Below are positions 1 to 16,172 of a stretch of 64,000 bases of DNA, piece by piece. This stretch comes from the human T2T-CHM13v2.0 reference genome, Homo sapiens, in assembly GCF_009914755.1 (NCBI RefSeq), contig NC_060934.1, one strand, 5' to 3'. Both the position numbers and the translations under genes were made by a program. The notes beneath the pieces are model-generated. The model did no database searches. It saw only the letters and a list, made by a program, of their open reading frames with translations, and had not been told where the DNA came from. Every line of letters begins with the position of its first letter. The stretch's first letter is position 1.

Positions 1-2559
1 TATCTGTTCATAGCAGACTTTTACAGACGTGTTTAATACTTTAATACACACACTAGGATGTGACCCAAACATTCTCTGAGACTCAAGGGTAGTAAAAAGG
101 AAGATGAATTACCTTTTTTTCTCTCTTCTAAGATGAGGAAATTTTTCATTTTAAACCATTCTCACACATTGTAGATTATTCAGAGAAGCAGAAAATTTAT
201 TACCAAATGAGGTTGAGCATTTCTTAAAATAAGTGTAGGAAGCTTAATTCTCTCAAACTAGGAACATTGAAAAATCTCAAGCTGCAGATACATGAAAATA
301 GCTTGAGATGGAAATATTGGTTCTATTTATTCTTTTGACACAACAATGTTAAAAGTTTGTATTCTCTCAGTACATACTACGTTCTGTGTTGCACAGGAAA
401 GCCAACTTGAGATTTTGAATATTCCAAAGAGAGGCCATCCTTTTGAGCTGTTTTCATTCTTTTTGTTTTCATAAAAGGAATTTCAAAGGTGAGGAGAACT
501 GAGGCTATGAAAACTGTTTGGCCCTGATGTCAGATATTTTAGCATGCCTTCATTATGGGTTACTGGAATATGCAGTTTATTACTTATTTCTGTTAGATGC
601 TTTTAAAAAGAACTATCTGTGGGCTAATTCCCAAAGTTCCCCTGGGGAACTTTGCCATGGCTTTATCAAACCTACTCCCTTCCTCAGGATCTCTTCTTCT
701 AATTTTTATTTGTACAAAGTTTTATGTTCTACCTCTTCAAACTTTGACTAAGCATTACTTCAACTTTTGCTATTTGAATAGTGATTTTTAGGCCCTTAGA
801 TCTGATGTTATAGAATATCTTCACCTCTGGTTTACAAGTTTTTGACAATGAAGTGTGTCATTTACTTGCTTTCTTTTCAGGAACAAGTGGACTAATATAT
901 CTCTATGTAATTTTGAAAACTATTCAATAGTTTCAGTTCTGTAGGTAGAATACTATTTATTTGGGGCCAGAGAGAAACTATTATTTTGTCTAAGGGTTCA
1001 ATATTTCTCTTTAATTTTATTTGATGTGATGCTTAGCCCCTATAATGTATTGCTTGAGGTTTGCATTACAAGAATATGGCACTATTTGGTTTTTTAAAAA
1101 GTGATATAAGATGTTATGATTGAACTTAATAATAAAAATGGTTCTTATGCCAACTCACAAGTGTTGTAGAATTCCTACTGGCTTGAAATGACAGGCCTAG
1201 GGTGAAGAAAAGATAAATTTAAAGTGGGGCATAGTTCTACTTATATTCTAATACGTATAAAACATTTATTTAGTACAGTTCAGAAGATTATAGGTTAACC
1301 TAAGAAACTTTAAACATACTTTTGGTTTTATTCTGATATTTGTACAATTTTTTCAAAAGGCAAAACCAAACTAAATTCCAATTTGGACACACACTTTTGC
1401 ATTGCTCAAATAGTGCATGAATACTAATTAGTGATGGTGGAGAAGTTAATTATATTTTAGTCATGCCTACAGCAGGTGTAGGAAAGCTTCAGCATAAATA
1501 TTGTTTATAAATATTTCATAAACACATTAAAATCCTCCTTAATATATTATTTAGGAAGAAGTGCCTTTCTCTCAAAGACCCATTTTTATATGCCATAGGA
1601 CATGGATCCAAATATTTACTTTTCTCTTAGTTACACATACTTTTATCTATATCTTTTATCTTACCTTTACTTTATGGCCAATTTATTGATTTTATAGTAA
1701 TAATTTATGTTTTTAGGCTTTAAAGGAAGTATATAAACATTTAATTATATATTTGCTTAACAGTACAGCCTATTTTATTAGGCAATTTAAAATTTTTAAC
1801 TTTCTGCTGAACATTTCCAAAGTCCCACTACTATACAAATTAATTAGTTAAGAAATGGAATTCATTGTCGTTATTATTTTAAATATATTCTCTCTCCATC
1901 CCTATCTTAGTTAATGATACTATCACTCTTTTAGGCTCAATTTCAAAAGCATCTTCTTATTCCATCTTTTCCCTCTGCCAGTATATTCAATTCCAAACTG
2001 ATCCTGGCTCTGCACTATCTATGATATTTATTCCCTTCTTGGAGTTCATTGCCCTTATTAGTTTAGGCCTCCATGATCCTGCTTCTCTTGTGTTCTTGTT
2101 AGATGTTACAGATTACCTGACATGATATAAGTTCTCATTAAATATTTGTTGAATTAATGCATGAATGCTCTCACTATGTATTTATAGACTCTCTCCATTT
2201 ACAATCCACCTTTATACTTCCTTCATAGGAAAAGAAAAAAGAGACAATTTTCTTCCTAAAATCATTCAAAAAACTTATTTTGTTACTATTTCTAAAATAT
2301 TTGTTGCCTGCAAATTATCTATGAAGTACATTTAAAGCTCCTTTATAAGGCTTGTAAATCCTTTTATACTGAGCCCAGATAACTTTTCTTGCTTTACGTC
2401 TTACCATATTTTTCATATTCTATCATATCTTTATTTTTTTATTTTTTGCAATTTACATTTTACTCAATAATACATTTTCCTTGTCAGTTAAGCTCCAAGC
2501 ATTATATCTAAAAATGTGGATAATGTTTATTGATTATACCAGGTACATTGCTAAAAAGC

Positions 2560-2760
2560 TAATCTAAATGTTTTTCGATTAATTCTAAGCATTTAATAAA
2601 GATTTTAGTATACCTATTTTAGTTATTATTTATTATACCTATTTTACAAATGAGTAAACCAAGGACATAAGCCTAACTCCTTTTTGAAAGGTTAAGTCAT
2701 TAAGTGCTAGAATGAGAATTGAAACCTTGAACTACCTGATTCTAACAGTGGTCTAAACCA
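2560..2760. mobile_element. MIR relic
   Basis: cctattttacaaatgagtaaaccaagg...ctacctgattcta core. Confidence 0.45.
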
Positions 2761-4399
2761 GTATGTTCTTATATTTTCTTTGACTCTCACATGCAACTAG
2801 TGGCCAGCTCTTATCCATTTTAAGGCCATAATATTGCACATCCATTGTCCTACTTATGTCTATTATTATTTAGCCTTGACTGTTACATTAGCTTCTAAAC
2901 AGATCTTTTAATCAGTATTTTATTCAGTTTCCAAGACTTTCACAATATTATATAGTTTTTACTTCATATCCAACCACTCCTCCATATAAACCCAGGTCTT
3001 TGCCTATTTAAATGGGTGTTATGTCCCTGCCTTTGAACTCAAATTACTCATTTTTCAAATCTCAGCTCCAATAAAATTCCAGCCTAAAAACTTGTCATAA
3101 TATCCCCACTAACTTCAGGCAGGTTTGTGCCTCCATGATTATTACCATCAGTGTTCTTGTTAAGTCATAATTTACTTGTCTTTTTATCTAGCAGGATGTG
3201 AACATCTTTATGAGAGAATTTTTGTCTCATATGTTTTGTAGTTTTTTACATTCTTGTATGCTCACTATTAGGTAGTACTGTACTTGGTACATAGTTAGAA
3301 TTTTGCTGTATTAATATTACTACAAAGTAACATTTGTTTCATCTGTTTTAATCATTTTTATATTATCGAAAAGAAAATATTATTTAGTCTTCCTAGCAAA
3401 CGAGTTTTCTAGTTTCAACTAATTTTTACTTTACAGGAAGAGGCAAAAAGTAGCTTCCTGTTTTTAAAATTATTGATTATTCTGCTTGCTTTTATTTTCA
3501 GCAATTGGGCCAACAGTGAAATAACACTGGCAGTTCCAATGTATGTATTATATTTGCTCTGAATGAGAATTGGTTTTAATTATTATAGATGATTTCCCAT
3601 TCTCATAACTCTTATTGAGCAATAATGCAATATTTTATATATAAATTTTTTCATTGAAGACTGGTAAGAGAAGTTATGTAAAGCTCAAATAAGGAAGAAA
3701 ATGCAATTTATGTAACTCTCTTCAGTTTCTAGTTTTTCTAGAGAAGATAAATAGAATCTTGATATCTGACTTTTCAGAGCTTAACTATCTTACATTTTGA
3801 CTCACTAACCTATTAATTCTGGAGTCATTTTAGCAGAATGTATTATTCTATACAATAAGTTACTAGATAACTTCAAAGTACTAATATTTCACTTTACCAT
3901 AACATATGTATTTTATGTGATTTTTAACATACATTTTGTGCATTCTTCTAGCTGTAAGCATCCAACTTCTGGAATTTCAAAGTAGTATAAGACTATGTAA
4001 CTCCCATTATTTGTAACAGAAGATATTTGAGTAATTATTCACATATGATATTTTATATATTTTAAAAATTAAGCACTAGTGTTTTCTTGACAAATGGAAT
4101 AATCGTTTATTTCATATATTCCTAACAACATCCCAATACCCAAAAAGAAAAAAATAACTACCCTTAATATATGTAGGAAAAACAAAGAACTCTTCAAATA
4201 AAGTTGTTACACATAATGTTATTATTGATTTACAAGTCAAAAGAATAAAAATGCATTTTATTGTCTATTTCTAAGTGTAGAAATGTTTAGTATTTATAAA
4301 ATGGAAAAGTTCTATTTAATTTGTTTTGACATAAGTCCATGTGAAAGAGCTATAAAGAAAATACAAACAGTTCCCCCAAATTGCCTTTCTCTCTTCATG

Positions 4400-5590
4400 G
4401 CTTTCAGTTAAACATTGTAAACTTAAGGTCTCTTTACCCCTTAAATACTTTAGTGCATATTTCTTAAAAACTAGGAATTCTCTTAACCACAGTATAATTA
4501 TTGAAATCAGAAACTTAACATTGATGCATATTGTTATTAAATATAGATTTTATTCAGATTGTGCCAATTGTCTCAATGTTGTTTTTTAAAGCAAAAAAAA
4601 AATCCGATTATTAGTTGTGTTCATTTTTGAGGCCTTCTTAGTCTTTTTTTTTAAAAAAAAAATTTATTTTACTTTAAGTTCCAGATACATTTGCAGAATG
4701 TGGAGGAGGTTTGTTACATAGGTAAACGTGTGCCATGGTGGATTCCTGCACCTGTCTTAGTCTTTAACCTGGGTAATTTCCCAACTCTTTCATTTTGTTT
4801 AATGTCATTTGACATTTTTTAGGACTACACTATATTATTTTTGTGTATGGATAGAATGTGCTACAATTTGTGTTTGCTATGTCTTCATGATTATGTTCTG
4901 ATTATGCACTTTTGGCAGGAATACCTCTGAAGTTATGTTAAATTCTTACCAACGTATCAGGAGCCACATGCTGTCATCATGCTCTTAATAGGGATGCTCA
5001 CAATGAACCTTTGGTTACAGTGGTGTCTGCCAGACTTCATCACTGTAAAGGTGCTATTTTATCCTTTACAATGAATGAGAATCTTATGGGAGATACTTTG
5101 AGACTATGTGCATGTTGTGTTAGTCCTCAGTCTTTCACCCGCTAGTTCTAACATATATTGATAGTTCTTCTGTAATCAATGATTATTATGATTTTTACCA
5201 AATGGTGATTTTCTAATTTCTTTATTCTTTCCACATTGATTAGTTGGCTTTCTACTATAATGAGAAGCTTGCTTTTCTCTCTTTTGTCTACCTGTCTATG
5301 TATGTATGTATGTATGTGTGTAATCCTTTCATTCTTTGAGCATTTCCTTATAGTTTCGGCATTTATCTTGTACTTTTCCAGCCATAACTGTGGAAGCTAG
5401 CATTTATCAAGCAGCTTTGGTACTTTTAGTGGGCTCTGAGCATCATTGTTTGTGGATCACCTCAGCAGACAAACTAGAGAATACATGTATGTGTACAGAA
5501 ATGCTTACATAGGTGTCTACTCACAGACACATGTATTTTCATACATATGCACAACCTCACCTACATCAATATTCATTTCTTCCTTCTTCA
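4400..5590 (-). mobile_element. Ancient L1MC-type 3' fragment
   Basis: Resembles an L1MC4/5 3' region; heavily diverged. Confidence 0.5.
4647..4754 (-). mobile_element. Extremely 5'-truncated L1PA 3' end (~108 bp)
   Basis: L1PA terminal sequence with 11-bp TSD TCTTAGTCTTT at 4636-4646 and 4755-4765. Confidence 0.8.
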
Positions 5591-5594
5591 CAAT

Positions 5595-5690
5595 CCTTTA
5601 AAAATGCAATAACATTCTTAGCTTGAGAATCATAGAAAAATTGGACATGGGCTGGATTTGGACCCCATATCATAGTTTAGTGACCCTTAG
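5595..5690. mobile_element. MER58 (hAT-Charlie) fragment
   Basis: aacattcttagc...gggctggatttgg...atagtttagtgacc resembles the MER58 terminus. Confidence 0.5.
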
Positions 5691-6728
5691 AATATATGGT
5701 TTGAGTTTCCTCTCATTTTTTAATGTGGTATACAATGTTGGACTGTAAAATGTAAATTTTATAGCACTCTTGGCCCTTTGAGTCTCCAATTTATAACTTA
5801 AATTTTTGAAACAGTGCTATTTTCTGGAAGATTCCAGTTACTTAAGGTTTAAATTATTGTTTATGATCATGTTCACGTACTGGAGCACTGCTTTGAAAAC
5901 ATTCAGTAAGTACTGGATCAAAGAATGAATTACTTTACCTTTTTTATCGAAGAAAGAATCATTTCTTGTTTTCCCACTCTTTAATATAGGCAAGTACAGG
6001 TGCCTAATATCCTAAATAAACAAAGTAATCTGATTAAGTCATATGGCCTTTTCTAAATTGCAAGAGCTATCATGTATCCAAAAGAAAAAAAAATTTACAC
6101 TTCTCATAACAGCAGGTTAATATATGGCAATGGTTGTAAATCTAGGGCTTTTTTGTGAGAAAAATCAGATAGTGAAGATATTGATATCAGCATTTCATAT
6201 TTATTTATATAAAAAAGAAACAGCTATATTGTTTTCCTTTTTCATAAACTATAAATTGATGAAAATTTGGGCTTAGAGCTATAAATAAAAATGTAAGTTA
6301 AAAAATAGAATGAAAATTTATTTTTCATATTTTTAATTGACCAGTGAAAATTATGTATATTTATAATATACAACATCATGTTTGGTTTATGAGGATATAT
6401 TGTGGAATGCTTAAATTAACTTAACATATTTATCACCTAACATACTTATGATTTTTTGTTATGAGAACATTTAAAATCTGCTCAGCGGTTTACAAGTATG
6501 CAGTACATTGTTTTTTTTTTTTTATTATACTTTAAGTTTTAGGGTACATGTGCACATTGTGCAGGTTAGTTACATATGTATACATGTGCCATGCTGGTGT
6601 GCTGCACCCACTAACTCGTCATCTAGCATTAGGTATATCTCCCAATGCTATCCCTCCCACCTCCTCCCACCCCACCACAGTCCCCAGAGTGTGATATTCC
6701 CCTTCCTGTGTCCATGTGATCTCATTGT

Positions 6729-10577
<3,849 letters not shown>

Positions 10578-10613
10578 TTAGTTGATGCAGTTTCTTCCTA
10601 GTCTCGATGGTCT

Positions 10614-11630
10614 TTACATTTTGGCATGATTTTGCAGCGGCTGGTACCGGTTGTTCCTTTCCATGTTTAGTGCTTCCTTCAGGAGCTCTTTTAGGGCAGG
10701 CCTGGTGGTGACAAAATCGGTTAGCATTTGCTTGTCTGTAAAGTATTTTATTTCTCCTTCACTTATGAAGCTTAGTTTGGCTGGATATGAAATTCTGGGT
10801 TGAAAATTCTTTTCTTTAAGAATGTTGAATATTGGCCCCCACTCTCTTCTGGCTTGTAGGGTTTCTGCCGAGAGATCCACTGTTAGTCTGATGGGCTTCC
10901 CTTTGTGGGTAACCCGACCTTTCTCTCTGGCTGCCCTTAACATTTTTTCCTTCATTTCAACTTTGGTGAATCTGACAATTATGTGTCTTGGAGTTGCTCT
11001 TCTCGAGGAGTATCTTTGTGGCGTTCTCTGTATTTCCTGAATCTGATCGTTGGCCTGCCTTGCTAGATTGAGGAAGTTCTCCTGGATAATATCCTGCAGA
11101 GTGTTTTCCAACTTGGTTCCATTCTCCCCATCACTTTCAGGTACACCAATCAGACGTAGATTTGGTCTTTTCACATAGTCCCATATTTCTTGGAGGCTTT
11201 GCTCATTTCTTTTTATTCTTTTTTCTCTAAACTTCCCTTCTCGCTTCATTTCATTCATTTCATCTTCCATCGCTGATACCCTTTCTTCCAGTTGATCGCA
11301 TCAGCTCCTGAGGCTTCTGCATTCTTCACGTAGTTCTCGAGCCTTGGTTTTCAGCTCCATCAGCTCCTTTAAGCACTTCTCTGTATTGGTTATTCTAGTT
11401 ATACATTCTTCTAAATTTTTTTCAAAGTTTTCAACTTCTTTGCCTTTGGTTTGAATGTCCTCCCATAGCTCAGAGTAATTTGATCATCTGAAGCCTTCTT
11501 CTCTCAGCTCGTCAAAGTCATTCTCCATCCAGCTTTGTTCCGTTGCTGGTGAGGAACTGCGTCCCTTTGGAGGAGGAGAGGAACTCTGCCTTTTAGAGTT
11601 TCCAGTTTTTCTGTTCTGTTTTTTCCCCAT
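10614..11630 (-). pseudogene. L1 ORF1 (338 codons) with CGA>TGA nonsense at codon 110
   Basis: ATGGGGAAAAAACAG start at 11630, TAA at 10614, in-frame TGA at 11303-11301. The ORF track shows only the C-terminal 218 aa. Confidence 0.92.
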
Positions 11631-11899
11631 CTTTGTGGTTTTATCTACTTTTGGTCTTCGATGATGGTGATGTACAGATGGGTTTTTGGTGTGGATGTCC
11701 TTTCTGTTTGTTAGTTTTCCTTCTAACAGACAGGACCCTCAGCTGCAGGTCTGTTGGAATACCCTGCTGTGTGAGGTGTCAGTGTGCCCCTGCTGGGGGG
11801 TGCCTCCCAGTTAGGCTGCTCGAGGGTCAGGGGTCAGGGACCCACTTGAGGAGGCAGTCTGCCCGTTCTCAGATCTCCAGCTGCGTGCTGGGAGAACCA

Positions 11900-12533
11900 C
11901 TGCTCTCTTCAAAGCTGTCAGACAGGGACATTTAAGTCTGCAGAGGTTACTGCTGTCTTTTTGTTTGTCTGTGCCCTGCCCCCAGAGGTGGAGCCTACAG
12001 AGGCAGGCAGGCCTCCTTGAGCTGTGGTGGGCTCCACCCAGTTCAGTTGGAGCTCCCTGGCTGCTTTGTTTACCTAAGCAAGCCTGGGCAATGGCGGGCG
12101 CCCCTCCCCCAGGCTCGCTGCTGCCTTACAGTTTGATCTCAGACTGCTGTGCTAGCAATCAGCGAGACTCCGTGGGCGTAGGACCCTCTGAGCCAGGTGC
12201 GGGATATAATCTCGCGGTGCGCCGTTTTTTAAGCCGGTCCGAAAAGCGCAATATTCGGGTGGGAGTGACCCGATTTTCCAGGTGCGTCCGTCACCCCTTT
12301 CTTTGACTCGGAAAGGGAACTCCCTGACCCTTGCGCTTCCCAAGTGAGGCAAAGCCTCGCCCTGCTTCGGCTCGCGCACGGTGCACGCACCCACTGACCT
12401 GCACCCACTGTATGGCACTCCCTAGTGAGATGAACCCAGTACCTCAGATGGAAATGCAGAAATCACCCGTCTTCTGCGTCGCTCACGCTGGGAGCTGTAG
12501 ACCGGAGCTGTTCCTATTCGGCCATCTTGGCTC
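11900..12533 (+). promoter_or_regulatory. L1 5'UTR CpG-rich bidirectional promoter; the antisense promoter fires on +, co-directional with ATRNL1
   Basis: Many CpGs retained at 12090-12525, YY1 site GCCATCTTG at 12521-12529, SOX-type TTTGTT near 11960 and 12065, RUNX-type TGTGGT at 12023. Activity is inferred from known L1 biology. Confidence 0.7.
12091..12306 (+). CDS. LINE-1 ORF0, intact 71 aa (MAGAPPPGSLLPYSLISDCCASNQRDSVGVGPSEPGAGY...RHPFL)
   Basis: ATG at 12091 in strong context (GCAATGG), TGA at 12304-12306. Matches the known primate L1 antisense ORF0. Donors CAG|GTGCGG (nt 106) and CAG|GTGCGT (nt 191) are present. Confidence 0.85.
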   Translation: MAGAPPPGSLLPYSLISDCCASNQRDSVGVGPSEPGAGYNLAVRRFLSRSEKRNIRVGVTRFSRCVRHPFL

Positions 12534-12706
12534 GCAGTACATTGTTTTTAGCTACAGTCACCATGGCTGTAGATCTCCAGAAATTATTCTTCCTTTCTAA
12601 CAAAAACTTTGTACATTTTGACCATCTCCTCATTTCCCATCCCCTTTTCCACACCAGCTCCTGGTAAACATCATTCTAACTCTCTGCTTTTGTATATTCG
12701 ATTCTA

Positions 12707-13004
<298 letters not shown>

Positions 13005-13209
13005 TAAATTTGAGATTTTAGATACTGCATACGAGTGAAATCATACAGTATTAGTCTTTTTTTAACCTGGCTTATTTTCACATAAAATAATATCCTCTAG
13101 GTTAATCCATGTTGTTGTAAAACACCGGATTTGCTTATTTTTAAGGCTGAATAATATTTCATTTTTAAATATATATATTATAAATACTATGTATATAATG
13201 TGGAGAAAA

Positions 13210-13425
13210 TATGGGGGATGGAGGATTCTGTGATGAGGATAGGGGTTGTGTGAGGGGGATGGGGTAATTCTTTGAAGGGGATTGGGGTTCTGTGAGGGGG
13301 AAGGGGGTTCCATGAGGGGATGGGGGTTCTGTGAAGGGGATAGGATTCTGTGAAGGCGATGGGATTCCGTGAGAGGGATGAGGGATTCTGTGAGCGGGAT
13401 TGGGGTTTTGTGAGAGGATGAGGCT
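13210..13425. repeat. G-rich minisatellite, ~19-21-bp unit GGGATGGGGGTTCTGTGAG, ~11 degenerate copies
   Basis: Recurring ggg(g)at...ggttctgtga units are directly visible. Confidence 0.85.
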
Positions 13426-13886
13426 TGAATGAGTTGATCACTTTTGTGTAGTATTCATCCATTGATGGATATTTAAGTTGATTTTGTATCTTTGCTAGTG
13501 TGAATACTGCTGCAGTAAACATGGGGAGTGCATATATCTCTTTGAAAATTGATTTCATTTTCCTTGGATATATATACACAGTAGTGGGATTTTTGGATCA
13601 TATGAAAGGTCCATTTTCAGTTTTCTGAGTAAACTGCATACTACATTCCATAATGGCCTTATTAATTTACATTCCCACCAACAATGTACAAAGGTTCCCT
13701 TTTTTTCCACATCCTCTCTAACTCTTGTTATCTTTTGTCTTCCTGATAACAGCCATTCTAACAGATGTGAGGTGGTATCTCACTATGGTTTTAATTTGCT
13801 ATTCCCTGATGATAAATGATGTGGAATATCTTTTCCTATATTTATTGACCATTTTTTAATCTTTTGAGAAGTGTCTTTTCATGTCC

Positions 13887-16172
13887 TGATATGGTTTGGC
13901 CATGTCCCCACCCAAATCTCATCTTGAATTGGAGCTGCTGTAATTGCCAGGTGTTGTGGGAGGGATCTGGTAGAAGATAATTGAATCACAGGGGTGGATC
14001 TTTCCCATGCTATTCTTGTCATAGTGAATAAGTCTCCCAAGATCTGATGGTTTTATAAAGGGGAGTTTCCCTGCACAAAATCTTTTATCTTGTCTGCCAC
14101 CATGTGAGATGTGCCTTTCACATTCTGCCATGATTGTGAGGCCTCCCCAGCCATGTGGAACTGTAAGTCCATTAAACCTCTTTCTTTTATAAATTGCCCA
14201 GTCTCAGTATGTCTTTATCGGCTGTGTCAAAATGGACTAATACAGTAAATTAGTACCAGTAGAGTGGGGCACTTCTGAAAAGATACCTGAAAATGTGGAA
14301 GCAACTTTGGAACTGGTTACAGGCCAAGGTTGGAACAGTTTGGAGGGCTCAGAAGAAGACAGGGAAATGTGGGAAAGTGTGGAACTCCCTAGAGACTTGT
14401 TGAATGGCTTTGACTAAAATGCTGATAATGATATGGACAATGAAATCCAGGCTGAGGTGGTCTCAGATGGAGATGAGGAACTTGTTGGGAACTGGAGCAG
14501 AAGTGACTCTTGTTACGTTTTAGCAAAGAGACTGGCGGCATTTTGCCCTTGCCCTAGAGATTTGTGGAACTTTGAACTTGAGAGAGATGATTTAGGGTAT
14601 CTGGTGGAAGAAATTTCTAAGCAGCAAAGAATTCAAGAAGTGACTTGGGTGCTATTAAAGGCATTCAGTTTTAAAAGGGAAACAGCATAAAAGTTTGGAA
14701 AATGTGCAGCCTGACAATATGATAGAAAAGAACATCCCATTTTTCTGAGGAGAAATTCAAGCCAGCTGCAGAAATTTGCATAAGTAATGAGGAGCTGAAT
14801 GCTAATCACCAAGACAGTGGGGGGAAATGTCTCCAGGGCATGTCAGGGAACTTTCTGGCAGGCTTTCCAACCACAGGCCAGGAGGCCTAGGAGGAAAACA
14901 TTTTTTGTAGGCCAGGCCCAGGGTCCCTCTGCTGTGTCCAGTCTAGGGACTTGGTTCCCTGCATCCTAGCCGCTCCAGCCATGAATAAAAGGGGCCAAGG
15001 TACAGCTTGGGCCATGGGTTCAGAGAGTGCAAGCCCCAAGCTGTGGCAACTTTCATGTGGTATTGAGCCTGTGGGTACACAGAAGTCAAGAATTGAGGTT
15101 TGGGAACCTCTTCCTGGATTTCAGAGGATGTATAGAAATGCCTGGATGTCCAGGCAGAAGTTCACTTCAGGGGTGGGGCACTCATGGAGAACCTCTGCTG
15201 GGGCAGTGCAGAAGGGAATTGTGGGGTGGTACCCCCACACAGAGTCCCCACTAGGTGTGATGCCTAGTGGAGCTGTGAGAAGAGCCACCATCCTCCAGAC
15301 CCCAGAATGGTAGATTCACCAACAGCTTGGCACCCTGCATTTGGAAAAGCCACAGACACTCAATGCTGGCCTGTGAAAGCAGCCAGGAGGGAAGCTGTAC
15401 CCTGTAAAGCCACAGGAGCAGAGCTGCTCAAGACCATGGGAACACACCTCTTGCATCAGCGTAACCTGGATGTGAGACATGGAGTCAAAGGAGATCATTT
15501 TGGAGCTTTAAAATTTGACTGTCTTGCTGGATTTTGGAGTTACATGGGGCCTGTAGCCCCTTTGTTTTGGCCAATTTATCCAATTTGGAACAACTATATT
15601 TACCGAATGCCTGTACCCCCATTGTATCTAGGAAGTAACTAACTTACTTTTGATTTTACAGTCTCATAGACAGAAGGGACTCTCCTTGTCTCGGATGAGA
15701 CTGTGGACTTTTCAGTTAATGCTGAAATGAGTTATGACTTGGGGGAATGTTGGGAAGACATGATTGGTTTTGGAATGTGAAGACATTTGATTTGGTAGGG
15801 GCCAGGGGCAGAATGTTATGGTTTGGCTGTGTCCCCACCCAAGTCTCATCTTGAATTGTACCCCCCGTAATTCCCATGTGTTGTGGAAAGGACCTGGTGG
15901 GAGATAGTGGAATCATGGGGACAGGTCCTTTCCATGCTATTTGAGATAGTGAATAAGTCTCACGAGATCTGATGGTTTGAAAAAGGGGAGTTTCTCTGCA
16001 CAAGCTCTCTTCTTTTGTCTGTTGCCATGTGAGACATACCTTTCACCTTCTGCCATGATTGTGTGGCCTCCCCAGCCATGTGGAACTGTGAGTCCATTAA
16101 ACCTCTTTCTTTTGTAAATTGCTCCCAGTCTTGAGTATGTCTTTATCAGTAGCGTGGAAACGGACTAATACA
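13887..16172 (+). mobile_element. Complete THE1 (ERVL-MaLR) provirus, THE1C-like: 5'LTR 13887-14244, internal 14245-15813, 3'LTR 15814-16172
   Basis: LTR termini TGATATGGTTTGG...GGACTAATACA at both ends, typical THE1-int sequence, 5-bp TSD TGTCC/TGTTC. Confidence 0.92.

Noticed and set aside
518-791. Two short + strand ORFs in unique sequence
   Set aside because: Non-ATG starts, no recognisable domain, no match to ATRNL1 residues.
860-950. Acceptor ttcttttcAG at ~880 with a weak donor at ~945
   Set aside because: No ATRNL1-like peptide and a weak donor; likely a pseudo-exon.
11965-12090. Apparent 42-aa N-terminal extension of ORF0 in the ORF track
   Set aside because: Starts at TTG, probably upstream of or within the antisense TSS region; the credible start is ATG 12091.
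13210-13425. CRISPR-like array
   Set aside because: Contiguous degenerate units without unique spacers, in human DNA.
14433-15642. ORFs of 75-120 aa within the THE1 internal region
   Set aside because: Broken remnants of the MaLR internal ORF; no intact gene.
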